Shown: positions 50,901-58,983 of the stretch, one piece after another
Layout of the letters: every line of letters begins with the position of its first letter
Numbering within the stretch: position 1 is the first letter of the stretch
Virus record (IMG/VR): IMGVR_UViG_3300045973_000169
Span: 124,001 to 188,000 of that record
Strand: one strand, 5' to 3'
DNA: 64,000 nt
The notes under the pieces: generated by a model
The model's database searches: none
What the model saw: the letters and a program-made list of their open reading frames with translations, nothing else
What the model was told of the DNA's origin: nothing
Made by a program: the position numbers and the translations under genes

Positions 50901-53749
50901 TTACTATAAAGTAATGTAGCTCCTTCGAAAGCTTTGATAGGCCCCATAGTTAAAGGTCCACGACCAGTAGGACTCATTGTTATTGCACCTAGTAAATGGT
51001 CAGTAAGTCTGAAAGCTTCCCATGCAGCCATTACAGGCAGTGCACGTTTAAGCCCAAACTTAACTCCATACTCTAAGAAGCCCATATTATGAGTATAAGT
51101 TGCTAATCCTAAATGAGGTCTATTGATAACTCCAAGAGCTTTACCCGCTAATCCTTTGATAAGACTATTTGATGACTTTAATTTAGATGCAACCTTATCA
51201 AGTTTATTGCTATCAATCCCAAAGAATCCAAGTTCAAAAGGAGATTCCATAAACCTATTCCATCTATCAAGCATGAACGTTCTAGTAGGAACACCTATCT
51301 CTCTATATCTATTTTTTATATTCTGATATGTATGTCCTGGAAGAAGTATCTGATCTACTTGAGCCAAGGTTTTTGTATTAGCTGAACCTTTAGGCATCCA
51401 GTCACTAAATATATTAGCGCTCTCTCCTACACCTTTGGGTCCTAACTCAAGATTAAATTGGGTTTTCTTATACATACTCCAGAGCCATTTCCACTCTGGG
51501 TTATTTTTAATAGATGCAGGTATCTCTTGTTTCTTCATCCATTCAGCACTAGAAGGCCAAACTGCTCTTCCTGATTTAATTTGTTGATGTTGCATTTCCC
51601 AATAAGTAGTTGGATTTGTTATATGATTTTCACCATATCCTTTCCCGAATCTATTTATTGAGTTAACTCCTGACATGTTAGCATGTCTTGTATTCCTTAG
51701 CTTAAATGTAAATGGCAGAGTTAGTTGTTCAGTTTTTTGTAATACTCCACCTTCAAGTGTGTCTTGAGCATAAACAATCATTGCTCCATTATCTGCTGTA
51801 GCAAATCTTATTTCTTTAGAAACAATCTTCTTGGCACTTGAACTTATTTGGTCTTTCGGTGTAAGCCAAGACTCAAGTTTATTATAATCCTGTTCTGGTA
51901 TTAGTCTTTTCGAGTTCTCTAATATATCAGTAAAGTCAACTCCATGGACATAATCTCTTGTCCCATCTATCCCAATAGATTTGCCATCTCTGATTGTTTT
52001 GAAGACCTTATCATATTTTCTAATCTTCCCTTCAATAGCGGCTCCTTTTTTATCACCACGGAACCAATCTATAGTACCACCTACCTGTAAGACTCTAGTG
52101 ATATTATGAGAACCTTCGATTGTCTTAAGTCCTCTAAACATAGTATCAGTGATATTCTTTCTTGAGAAATCAAATGTTGCTTTATTGTTTAAAAGTCTTG
52201 GAGACATGATCTTACTATAAGCTCCAACTCCATATAAAAATGCACCAACCCCAGTTACTCCTTTAGCAATCGTAGCAACCTGAACAAATGAGTTATGTTT
52301 ATCTTCAAAGAATGTACTGTAATTAGGAGCATGTGGGAGCCCAAGATTGTTAATCTTCATCTTATCAGAGAAAGGACTTAATGAATCGTCCCCTCTTAAT
52401 CCATAGGTAGCTAACAGTCCTAGCCCTACTATGGTACCCATTGCACCCCATCTTAACTTATTAGCCCCTTTAAAGGCTTCAGTCATCTGACCTGCCATTT
52501 TAGAACCTTCAAACATAGATGGATATTTTGAGTAAGATTCTAGTATTGGCTTTAATTGGTGAGTTAGATCTTCTATTATTGGGCTAAGTTTATTTTCTGA
52601 TTGTAATAATTTAGATAAGTTGCCATGAACATCGCCTTTAATTATCTGGTCAACAGTTATTCCTGCCTTATTTAACTGGCTAAGAATAGCTTTCTCTATT
52701 TGTTTCTCAGTACTTACATCTAGTCCTGCAGCATGGCCTTGGACTAAATCTTTTCCAAAGTGTTTAGATACAATAGCAGCAGCCTTCTCCGCACTATATC
52801 CACCAGCATACTGGAACTCTTCAAAATTTAAAGGTACACGTCCAGGTCTCCCTGTCGCTGCAGCAGCAACTGGATTATATCCAATCCTAAACATATTACC
52901 AAGCTCAGGATTCTCTTTCCCAAGCTGGTATAAGAATGCTTTGTATGCTCTCTCAACCTCATCTGTTTGGATTATCCCTTGCTGATATGCAGTATAAAGA
53001 GCTTTAGCTTCATCAGCAGCTCCCATCTTAACTAGCTCTGACATATATAAGTTAATATCGAAATAAGGATTCCATGCTCCTAATCTAACTGGAGCTTCCT
53101 TAGTTCCCATCTTAAGCATATTAACTACATTCTTCTTTAAGAATCCTTGGAACTGTTCATATGTAAAGTCACCAGCATACTCGACGCCTTCTTTCTTAAA
53201 GATGCCTTCTAGTGCTCCAGCTTTACTCTTTATTAATTTACCATCTTTCACACTAAAGTCTTTAGATTTTAATCCTAAGTCTAAGTTTCCTTTAGCAATA
53301 AATATATGCCCACCATTCTCAGTAGGGAGTTTAAATAGAGCATCCATTTGAGATACTTGGCTTGGCAGTATTCTCTTCTTATACCAATCTAATTTCCCAC
53401 CCTGTAACTTAGACCAAGATGCACCAAATAAACTTTCTAGATCTCGCTCTGAATGTTTTGGAATTAGATAAGATTCTACCTGTCCGAACCCTTTAAGATG
53501 TCTTACATACTTAGAGTCTGGATTAACAAAGTCTGGGAGTTTATGTCTATTATTAAAATCAATCCCATAATGTTTAATAGTATTAGTCTGACCATCATGA
53601 ATAGCAAACTGAGTTACATCAACGTGACCGAAGTGTAAGAATGCATCAGTAGGATTTAATACAGTTGTACGACCAAGCTTATCATAAGCCTTAGTTAAAC
53701 CAGTATTTAATCCTATTGTTTCAAAGTCTACTATTAATCTTCTAGACAT
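47903..53749 (-). CDS. Tape-measure-like giant protein with N-terminal DEDDh exonuclease domain
   Basis: Directly follows the tail chaperones; Gly/Ala hydrophobic helices; N-terminal VDFET, AWNPYFD and HAAGLD motifs. Confidence 0.7.
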   Translation of the reverse strand: MSRRLIVDFETIGLNTGLTKAYDKLGRTTVLNPTDAFLHFGHVDVTQFAIHDGQTNTIKHYGIDFNNRHKLPDFVNPDSKYVRHLKGFGQVESYLIPKHSERDLESLFGASWSKLQGGKLDWYKKRILPSQVSQMDALFKLPTENGGHIFIAKGNLDLGLKSKDFSVKDGKLIKSKAGALEGIFKKEGVEYAGDFTYEQFQGFLKKNVVNMLKMGTKEAPVRLGAWNPYFDINLYMSELVKMGAADEAKALYTAYQQGIIQTDEVERAYKAFLYQLGKENPELGNMFRIGYNPVAAAATGRPGRVPLNFEEFQYAGGYSAEKAAAIVSKHFGKDLVQGHAAGLDVSTEKQIEKAILSQLNKAGITVDQIIKGDVHGNLSKLLQSENKLSPIIEDLTHQLKPILESYSKYPSMFEGSKMAGQMTEAFKGANKLRWGAMGTIVGLGLLATYGLRGDDSLSPFSDKMKINNLGLPHAPNYSTFFEDKHNSFVQVATIAKGVTGVGAFLYGVGAYSKIMSPRLLNNKATFDFSRKNITDTMFRGLKTIEGSHNITRVLQVGGTIDWFRGDKKGAAIEGKIRKYDKVFKTIRDGKSIGIDGTRDYVHGVDFTDILENSKRLIPEQDYNKLESWLTPKDQISSSAKKIVSKEIRFATADNGAMIVYAQDTLEGGVLQKTEQLTLPFTFKLRNTRHANMSGVNSINRFGKGYGENHITNPTTYWEMQHQQIKSGRAVWPSSAEWMKKQEIPASIKNNPEWKWLWSMYKKTQFNLELGPKGVGESANIFSDWMPKGSANTKTLAQVDQILLPGHTYQNIKNRYREIGVPTRTFMLDRWNRFMESPFELGFFGIDSNKLDKVASKLKSSNSLIKGLAGKALGVINRPHLGLATYTHNMGFLEYGVKFGLKRALPVMAAWEAFRLTDHLLGAITMSPTGRGPLTMGPIKAFEGATLLYSKISDITGFTRLTKKQEKVAPGSTRLGILAPALTATSFFKIGEYLYNKGPVGIKQYLRNVGTRFGKNSFIKNALRTEAYAGALTKTHFERYAGWALRNPKKAIFAAMMVPMLPFLPGVLGSNKTYQERKAEYAGDKEVAVRKYRGWLLSSSPYEGGTPIQFRKHMFSVIESDYENRGVVYPNYWERALHNATFGLYKPYILENYHKLDQPVYESAPLGANIPLIGQPIAATIGRLIKPTRVYHELTSQGTQPQPYTPTTIGMRGAGASNMELARAIGMQSEGSNKDLMDRWSRQYHDLIGFTGFAYETAKQYITGESTDQFVPYKENAGEFYNPAQQMWGWKLGDISGVGGEFLRRIFPYPMKDWKINDLPNELNGVSWIPQESTKKDAFKRYTNDVTHGTTFDNTPLGWLYSTRKGWENLYPELKGKELEQYPDPEKLEILQSIAPFTQEFRNQSHKVMHQTLQDQLSLGDEQRFYETLDQVRQLKDKLYTSKSEYDYRLNTDTVNGTVSSVDESGSFTLEGDDTRYRIAGVSTSEADIRANLLLKEKFSSTSELARAAEEARARTSQIIASRIGIGQSISFQAPSADQMNNSESGTEALIGDLSSDLIEAGAARTNTGNLSEFNMQQDEVGYAGRAMAKYWGTISNDQTFWANKLIPKKDYLDNYLTNQVFNREVKLWSHPIQHLLAPAISSFMHQWFGVDHLPGFTVERRQNQEYWDILKYVKYKMLAVQASKTGNEEDATYYHNMWRSTMIGADPTDDNTRDELAALPENERAYYSRFANEPDPKKRGKIMKYIPRGARRLYNAIWSKKLAESSDDINVQQAYMNLQETEGWGMSGQESKMYMNETGGNANKADWIRARYVREYMKSHDMPKEDWIGYSPDVNIENVELLALKEGGENIQDYGFFDNKLREAVFDHGANLASHQLKSAGSTTNSTINRIVSYIIQDDRASNIQMFPTMSPNTMTSIDIETNGHADYLQRSQSQYGDLIHSQFSYGY

Positions 53750-54321
53750 TATAAGTATCCATTCTCGTCATCACTCTTCTGTAATGCAATTTTAAGAGAC
53801 TCAAGCATTTCTTTAGTAATACCTTTAACCCCAGTTTTAATCTTAGGATTACTTTTTACATTTTCTTGTTTAATATGTTCTCTTAATTTAGTTGTATCTA
53901 TTAGTGGTTGATGGTCTACCATCTCTGCAAATGCTAATAGCTCAAGTAACTCATTAAGAGTCTTAAGCTTTAGTTCATCTAATCTATAATTTGGTTGGGT
54001 AGAAACGATCTTTGCATAAATAGGATAATATGTATTAGATGTTAGAGTCTTACGGATATTATCTATCTCATCAGGAAACTGTTCTTTCTTTAATATTACT
54101 CCGGATAACTTAAATGAAGTATAAACTATTAATGGAATAGTCCCTGCAGAAAGATCTTTATCTGCATATTTATTATCTGTTATTAGATTAAATATATATT
54201 CTTCTAGATAAGGATTACTTTCTTGTTTAAGAGCAAAGTAGAACCTGTCTGCTTCTTCAGCAGATATAGTCCTAAACTCTATATCTAGATTATCTATAGT
54301 AGGAATTTTAAAATATTTCAT
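53749..54321 (-). CDS. Putative tail assembly chaperone (second paralogue)
   Basis: Position before the tape-measure-like gene; FRTIS..E...YI...LSAG...I...S pattern shared with 55103-55507. Confidence 0.55.
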   Translation of the reverse strand: MKYFKIPTIDNLDIEFRTISAEEADRFYFALKQESNPYLEEYIFNLITDNKYADKDLSAGTIPLIVYTSFKLSGVILKKEQFPDEIDNIRKTLTSNTYYPIYAKIVSTQPNYRLDELKLKTLNELLELLAFAEMVDHQPLIDTTKLREHIKQENVKSNPKIKTGVKGITKEMLESLKIALQKSDDENGYL

Positions 54322-54335
54322 GAATGGCTATATCC

Positions 54336-55061
54336 TTATTGAATATCTTTTAGTATTAGTTCTATATTTTTCATTTCCCAATAAGGAATTTCTAATAACT
54401 TAATATTGTTATCTTTACAATACTGCTTTTTAGTACTATCTCTTTGTTGTAAACTTACAAGAGCCTCATTACCTCCCCAGTATTTAACAGACCTATAATG
54501 TTGCATCCCATTAAACTCTATACAAACCTTATGGTTTGGTAGGTAGAAGTCAAATCTCAATGGGAGCCTTTGGTCTTTAAAGAATAAATTATCAAATGTT
54601 TTTTGCTGAATATAATCAATGTAATTATTCTCTAGCCATTTTTTAATTCTTATTTCGCCTTTTGAAATATTACACTTAGGACATCCTTGTCCTTTTAAGT
54701 GATCATTTGGGGTTTGCCAAAAACTCCCATGCTTATGGCATATAATACAAACCTTAATTTTGCTTTGTTTGTATTCAACTAAAGAATAATCAAATTTATT
54801 TTCATGGATAGTTTTTGCTTTTCCTAAGAACTCAGGCTTAGACATTTTTGAACTATTCCCAATTATAGAATAATAACACTTTGGGCAACCATTTCCTTTT
54901 AAATGATTCTCAGGGGCCTGTTCAAATTCTCCATGCAAATTACAAACAATAAGAACTTTTGTTTTATTATTTATATATTCAACCTTAGAGTAGTCATATT
55001 TAAAATTATGGATTTGATTAGCTTTATCAATAAGGTCATTAGCAGTTAATCTTTTAGGCAT
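54336..55061 (-). CDS. Putative homing endonuclease (DUF723-type Zn repeats + Vsr/DUF559-like nuclease)
   Basis: IHNFKYDYSKVEY...C..HG.F.Q.P..HLKG.GCPKC twice, then RFDFYLP...CIEFNGMQH; clear paralogue of 5451-6188. Confidence 0.8.
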   Translation of the reverse strand: MPKRLTANDLIDKANQIHNFKYDYSKVEYINNKTKVLIVCNLHGEFEQAPENHLKGNGCPKCYYSIIGNSSKMSKPEFLGKAKTIHENKFDYSLVEYKQSKIKVCIICHKHGSFWQTPNDHLKGQGCPKCNISKGEIRIKKWLENNYIDYIQQKTFDNLFFKDQRLPLRFDFYLPNHKVCIEFNGMQHYRSVKYWGGNEALVSLQQRDSTKKQYCKDNNIKLLEIPYWEMKNIELILKDIQ

Positions 55062-55094
55062 AGATAGAACCTCCTTGGTCTATCTGTTAATAAC
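55062..55094 (-). promoter_or_regulatory. GTTATTAACA motif plus RBS-sequestering hairpin
   Basis: Minus strand: GTTATTAAC-AGATAGACC-AAGGA-GG-t-TCTATCT-ATG. Confidence 0.55.
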
Positions 55095-55102
55095 CAAAGT
55101 GA

Positions 55103-55507
55103 TTAACCTTTTACCTCAAGAATCAACTCTAATGCTTTTGCAGGATCTTTGAAGAAATTTGACATTACAAGGATTTGATATACTAAAGTAAGCGCAACTC
55201 CAGCCTCTAAAGTATTTAGTGCGATTGGGTCCATCTTAGGCCATACGATACATGTGTTAAGAATATAATCATGGGTCATATCTTTATCTAGTTTCTTTGC
55301 TCTGATATCTCTGAACTCAGCCCAAGAAAGTTTTTTAAACATATAAAAGGAATAATCATCTTCATTACCTAAAAATGTAGCATAAAGCTTTTCATTTCTA
55401 GCTTTAAGTTTTTCGAATGTAGCTCTATCTAATTTGTTATAAGTAACCTTTTCCCAGTTGATATCTCCATAAAAATCATGAGTAGCTACTGCTGGTGTAT
55501 CTTCCAT
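55103..55507 (-). CDS. Putative tail assembly chaperone
   Basis: 134 aa after the tube genes; FKKLSWAEF...ILNTCIVWP...LEAGVALTL...SNF. Confidence 0.6.
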   Translation of the reverse strand: MEDTPAVATHDFYGDINWEKVTYNKLDRATFEKLKARNEKLYATFLGNEDDYSFYMFKKLSWAEFRDIRAKKLDKDMTHDYILNTCIVWPKMDPIALNTLEAGVALTLVYQILVMSNFFKDPAKALELILEVKG

Positions 55508-55544
55508 TATTTACCTCTAAGCTTTTATTTTATTACAATTGTTA

Positions 55545-56939
55545 TTAAACTATCTTTCTTGCAATAAAGTTATACTGTTCTTTGACTGGAACACCAGATA
55601 CTGCTAATGCATGACTATGACCAGTTAACTCACAGCTTTCTAATATCTTATGTGTATTCCCATTATAGTCGAACATAATATTGAATTTACCAAAGTCTTC
55701 AGGTCTCCAATCTCTCTTCGTTAATTCTCCTCTAAGATTATTAGCAGATCCCATAGTGTCTAATTGGGCAGCAAGATCCATTCCTGATTGTTTTTCTTTT
55801 TCTTTCAATGCAGCGATCTCTTTTTTAATTGTCTCTATCGAAGTTTTAGATGTATCAACTTTCTCTTTTTGGGTTTTTATTGCAGCAAGATTCTTTGTCT
55901 TCTCTCCTTGGATATCTAATGTAGGAGTGCTTTCTAAAAACTTAACTTGATCTGTTTGTACTCTAGCAAGAGTGGTATCGAAACTAATAGCCTTTTTAAG
56001 ATTAGAGTCACCATCTAACATTCCTTTTAACTGATTACTATTTTGTGTAATAGCAGAGTTAAACTGTTGTGTAGTTTCATCTCTTAATGTTAATAGATTG
56101 TCAACCACTAGATTATTGTCATCTATTCTTTTCTGTACTTCATTTATACCATTAGTATAGTTAAATCTATTAGCATCAGATAGCACTGGTTCATTTTGTC
56201 CAGGTGATAACAATGACTGTAAGTTAGAAAGGGTTGTTTGTAAATCACTTACTTCTTGGTTTATTCTATTTAGTTCATCATTTATACTCTTTAAATTATC
56301 TTCATGTTGTTTATTTAACTGGACTAACCCTCCACTGGCTTGAGGATCATTGATGCCTTCATTAAATGTTTTAAGTTTCATCCTAAGAGCTTCTTGCTCT
56401 GTGTCTCCAAGCCCGTTTATAAATGAGTCCTTATCTGACTGTATATTATTAATCTTTACTTTAAAGTTATTAGTCTGAGCTAATTTCTCTTGGTCTTGTA
56501 TCACTAGATTTGCATCTATTTCTTTACCATAAGATTGTAATTCAGCAAGCTTTCTCTTATCATCTTGAAGAGTTTGTTGTAATTTCTTATAAGCAATAAG
56601 TTTATTTTTAAAGTTTTGAGCTGCTTTGCTATTTTCTGCCTGCCTATCAATCGACTTTTGTGCTGATTCTCCAGGTTGTAGGTTCTTTAATATAGCCCAT
56701 AGATATTTATCATGCTTATAGTTAATTGTAAAACTGCCATATATAATAACTTGACCTGGGAGGATAGCATCAAAATGCTTAGAGTTATATCCATAGATAG
56801 GCTCTTTTGATTCCTGATATGTATATTGGATATCATAGCATTCATCTAATAAGATCCCTCCTATATAAATCCTACCTTGGGCAGCAGTTACATAGTCTAC
56901 TTTAATCTTCTTATCTGATATAATAGGATACTCTACCAT
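55545..56939 (-). CDS. Tail-tube-like protein with ~300-aa coiled-coil insertion
   Basis: N-terminal IQYTYQESKEPIYGY...G...IYGSF and C-terminal FNI...EQYNFIAR align with the tube protein; Gln/Lys/Leu heptad middle. Confidence 0.7.
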   Translation of the reverse strand: MVEYPIISDKKIKVDYVTAAQGRIYIGGILLDECYDIQYTYQESKEPIYGYNSKHFDAILPGQVIIYGSFTINYKHDKYLWAILKNLQPGESAQKSIDRQAENSKAAQNFKNKLIAYKKLQQTLQDDKRKLAELQSYGKEIDANLVIQDQEKLAQTNNFKVKINNIQSDKDSFINGLGDTEQEALRMKLKTFNEGINDPQASGGLVQLNKQHEDNLKSINDELNRINQEVSDLQTTLSNLQSLLSPGQNEPVLSDANRFNYTNGINEVQKRIDDNNLVVDNLLTLRDETTQQFNSAITQNSNQLKGMLDGDSNLKKAISFDTTLARVQTDQVKFLESTPTLDIQGEKTKNLAAIKTQKEKVDTSKTSIETIKKEIAALKEKEKQSGMDLAAQLDTMGSANNLRGELTKRDWRPEDFGKFNIMFDYNGNTHKILESCELTGHSHALAVSGVPVKEQYNFIARKIV

Positions 56940-56941
56940 AA

Positions 56942-58207
56942 TTAGTTACCACCTAAGTCATTTAACATACTGTCAAGTAATGTACTTCCTGTAATGTCTG
57001 TATTATAATTTATATTACTTCCATACTTCCCATTGGAGTAAGAACTCTCTATTGAGCTAACAGAACTAACAAGAACCGTTTTCTGGTTCCATTTCTCTAC
57101 TTCATTCATAGGGATAAGGTCCTGTGCAACCCAGTTTACCTTATTAATTATATTAGGTTGTTGAGTCCCTTGATATTGGTTTTCATCTATAATAGAAACA
57201 TTCTTAATCATAAACTTACTGAAGATTCCATTTTCATTCGTTCCCATGCAAAGAATATGGAACAAAGGTAAGTCATCTAGTAATTGTACTTTATTTGATA
57301 TAGCAGAATAAGCTTGTTTCTGTTGTAGCCATTCATCATAGCGTCTATCTACATCAGCAGAAGCAGCTCTACTTTGAGGCTTATAACTATCAAAGCTAGC
57401 TTCTATTTGGCTGACTTCTTCTGATATTCTTCCTCTAAGATACTGAAGAATATCTTTAGTAAATACTCCAAATGCGATATGTCCAGATATAGTACGAATA
57501 CCTCTAGTCATAGCTCTAGGGTTAATCTCACCTAATACACGGACTGGATATCTTTCTCTAATAGTAGAATAACTTAAACTTAAAGCATTCTCCATTTCAA
57601 TAGTTAATATCTCTTTTTTCTGGATTGCCTCTGGAAGTCCAAGATCTGATGCAGTTGTAACTTCCATTATCATAAATAAAGAAAGGTCAGAACCACCTAT
57701 TGTTTCATATAGTTCAGTAGTTGCATTCTTGTTTGGGTTAACTCCAGAGTAAGGATTTATTAAAGGCCCATCAACTGGGATCTTAGTTTTATAAGAATAC
57801 CCTTCAACAACATTAGGGTCAGATATAGACTTTATTTCCTGTATAACAGGAATCTGTTCCATATAAGGTTCGCCTAATATTTGAGCTTTCTCTTGTGTTG
57901 TTTCATTACCGACTTGAAATGGATACTTTGGGCCATAGTCAATAACAGTTCCTGTGTCTCCATTAACAAGTAAGCCAGATTGATTTGGATCAATCTTAGG
58001 AGCGTTATTTGCAAATGACTGTAGCCCATCTTGCTCTGTGCCGTCTTGCTTTGATTTAATAAAAGCAGCTACTGCATCTGGGCCCTGTCTATCAGAGACT
58101 TGTTTTTCTGTAAGATTGGCTATATAAGAAATTGAAGGAGATGTATCAGATACTTGATATACGAATTGATATCCAGAGTCTGTTGGAGAAACTATTATTT
58201 TACTCAT
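56942..58207 (-). CDS. Tail-tube-like protein with N-terminal extension
   Basis: LSYSTIRERYPVRVLG...RGIRTISGHI and DDLPLFHI...GTNENG match the tube protein (INREAGPLYVMG...KGKRGIGGSF; DQIPPFNV...GTNEQG). Confidence 0.75.
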   Translation of the reverse strand: MSKIIVSPTDSGYQFVYQVSDTSPSISYIANLTEKQVSDRQGPDAVAAFIKSKQDGTEQDGLQSFANNAPKIDPNQSGLLVNGDTGTVIDYGPKYPFQVGNETTQEKAQILGEPYMEQIPVIQEIKSISDPNVVEGYSYKTKIPVDGPLINPYSGVNPNKNATTELYETIGGSDLSLFMIMEVTTASDLGLPEAIQKKEILTIEMENALSLSYSTIRERYPVRVLGEINPRAMTRGIRTISGHIAFGVFTKDILQYLRGRISEEVSQIEASFDSYKPQSRAASADVDRRYDEWLQQKQAYSAISNKVQLLDDLPLFHILCMGTNENGIFSKFMIKNVSIIDENQYQGTQQPNIINKVNWVAQDLIPMNEVEKWNQKTVLVSSVSSIESSYSNGKYGSNINYNTDITGSTLLDSMLNDLGGN

Positions 58208-58228
58208 TGATTGTCACCTATACAAAAC

Positions 58229-58262
58229 TAAAGCCCAAGCCACATAATGGCACTGGGCTTTA
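58229..58262 (-). terminator. Intrinsic terminator after the major tail tube gene
   Basis: Minus strand TAAAGCCCA-gt-GCCA-ttatg-TGGC-t-TGGGCTTTA followed by GTTTTGT. Confidence 0.7.
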
Positions 58263-58296
58263 TTTGTTAAAGTTGAATTTTTAAATTGAAAGAGAA

Positions 58297-58929
58297 TTAG
58301 GCTTCTAGTTTCATCATTCTTGAAGCAGCAGTTGCAACATAAGTATAACGTTTTTCAATGTTAAGCTCATCAATTGAAACTCCGATTCCGTCATTAAGAA
58401 TCTGAAGACCCATTACTCTCCATGCCATTTTGTCACCTTGTTCGTTTGTACCAACAACAGTAACATTGAATGGTGGAATTTGGTCAGCATAGAAAGGAGT
58501 AGTAGCGGCCCATAAATCTTGCTTTGCTAATAGAGCAGCTTGTGTAGTTGTGGCGGTTGCACCAGCAGCAGTTGTATTAGGATTGCTATATTCATTTCTT
58601 GTACTACCAGTTACTTGCTGAACAATCTCATCTTTACGAACCCAAATTTGTTGACGTGCTGGATTTGTTTGAATACTAGAAACATACTCAAGCAAAGCAT
58701 CATATCCTAATTGAGCTAGAATAAATGATCCGCCGATTCCCCTTTTACCTTTAGGGATTGCGATTGGACTTTTCTTACCCATTACATAAAGTGGGCCAGC
58801 TTCTCTATTGATACCAAGAGTGAAAGACATACACTCTCCGACATATTCGTCACCGAAGATAACTACGGTGTCTGCTCCAGAGAAAACAGTTGAAAGTCCG
58901 GTTTTAGAATTATACAGATCTGTTGCCAT
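58297..58929 (-). CDS. Major tail tube protein
   Basis: 210 aa after the sheath, strong GGAGG RBS, own terminator; FSGAD...REAGPLYVMG...YTYVA. Confidence 0.85.
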   Translation of the reverse strand: MATDLYNSKTGLSTVFSGADTVVIFGDEYVGECMSFTLGINREAGPLYVMGKKSPIAIPKGKRGIGGSFILAQLGYDALLEYVSSIQTNPARQQIWVRKDEIVQQVTGSTRNEYSNPNTTAAGATATTTQAALLAKQDLWAATTPFYADQIPPFNVTVVGTNEQGDKMAWRVMGLQILNDGIGVSIDELNIEKRYTYVATAASRMMKLEA

Positions 58930-58949
58930 TGTAAAACCTCCGTGATATT

Positions 58950-58971
58950 AGGGGGTAGTTACCTACCCCCT
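58950..58971 (-). other. Perfect 9-bp GC-rich stem-loop between sheath and tube genes
   Basis: AGGGGGTAG-GTAA-CTACCCCCT (GNRA loop); no U-tract on the coding strand. Confidence 0.65.
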
Positions 58972-58983
58972 TTACCTTACTTT

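Noticed and set aside
55325-55345. Slippery-looking TTTAAAAAAC in the first tail chaperone
   Set aside because: Not in X-XXY-YYZ phase, mid-gene, and an endonuclease gene separates it from the next chaperone.
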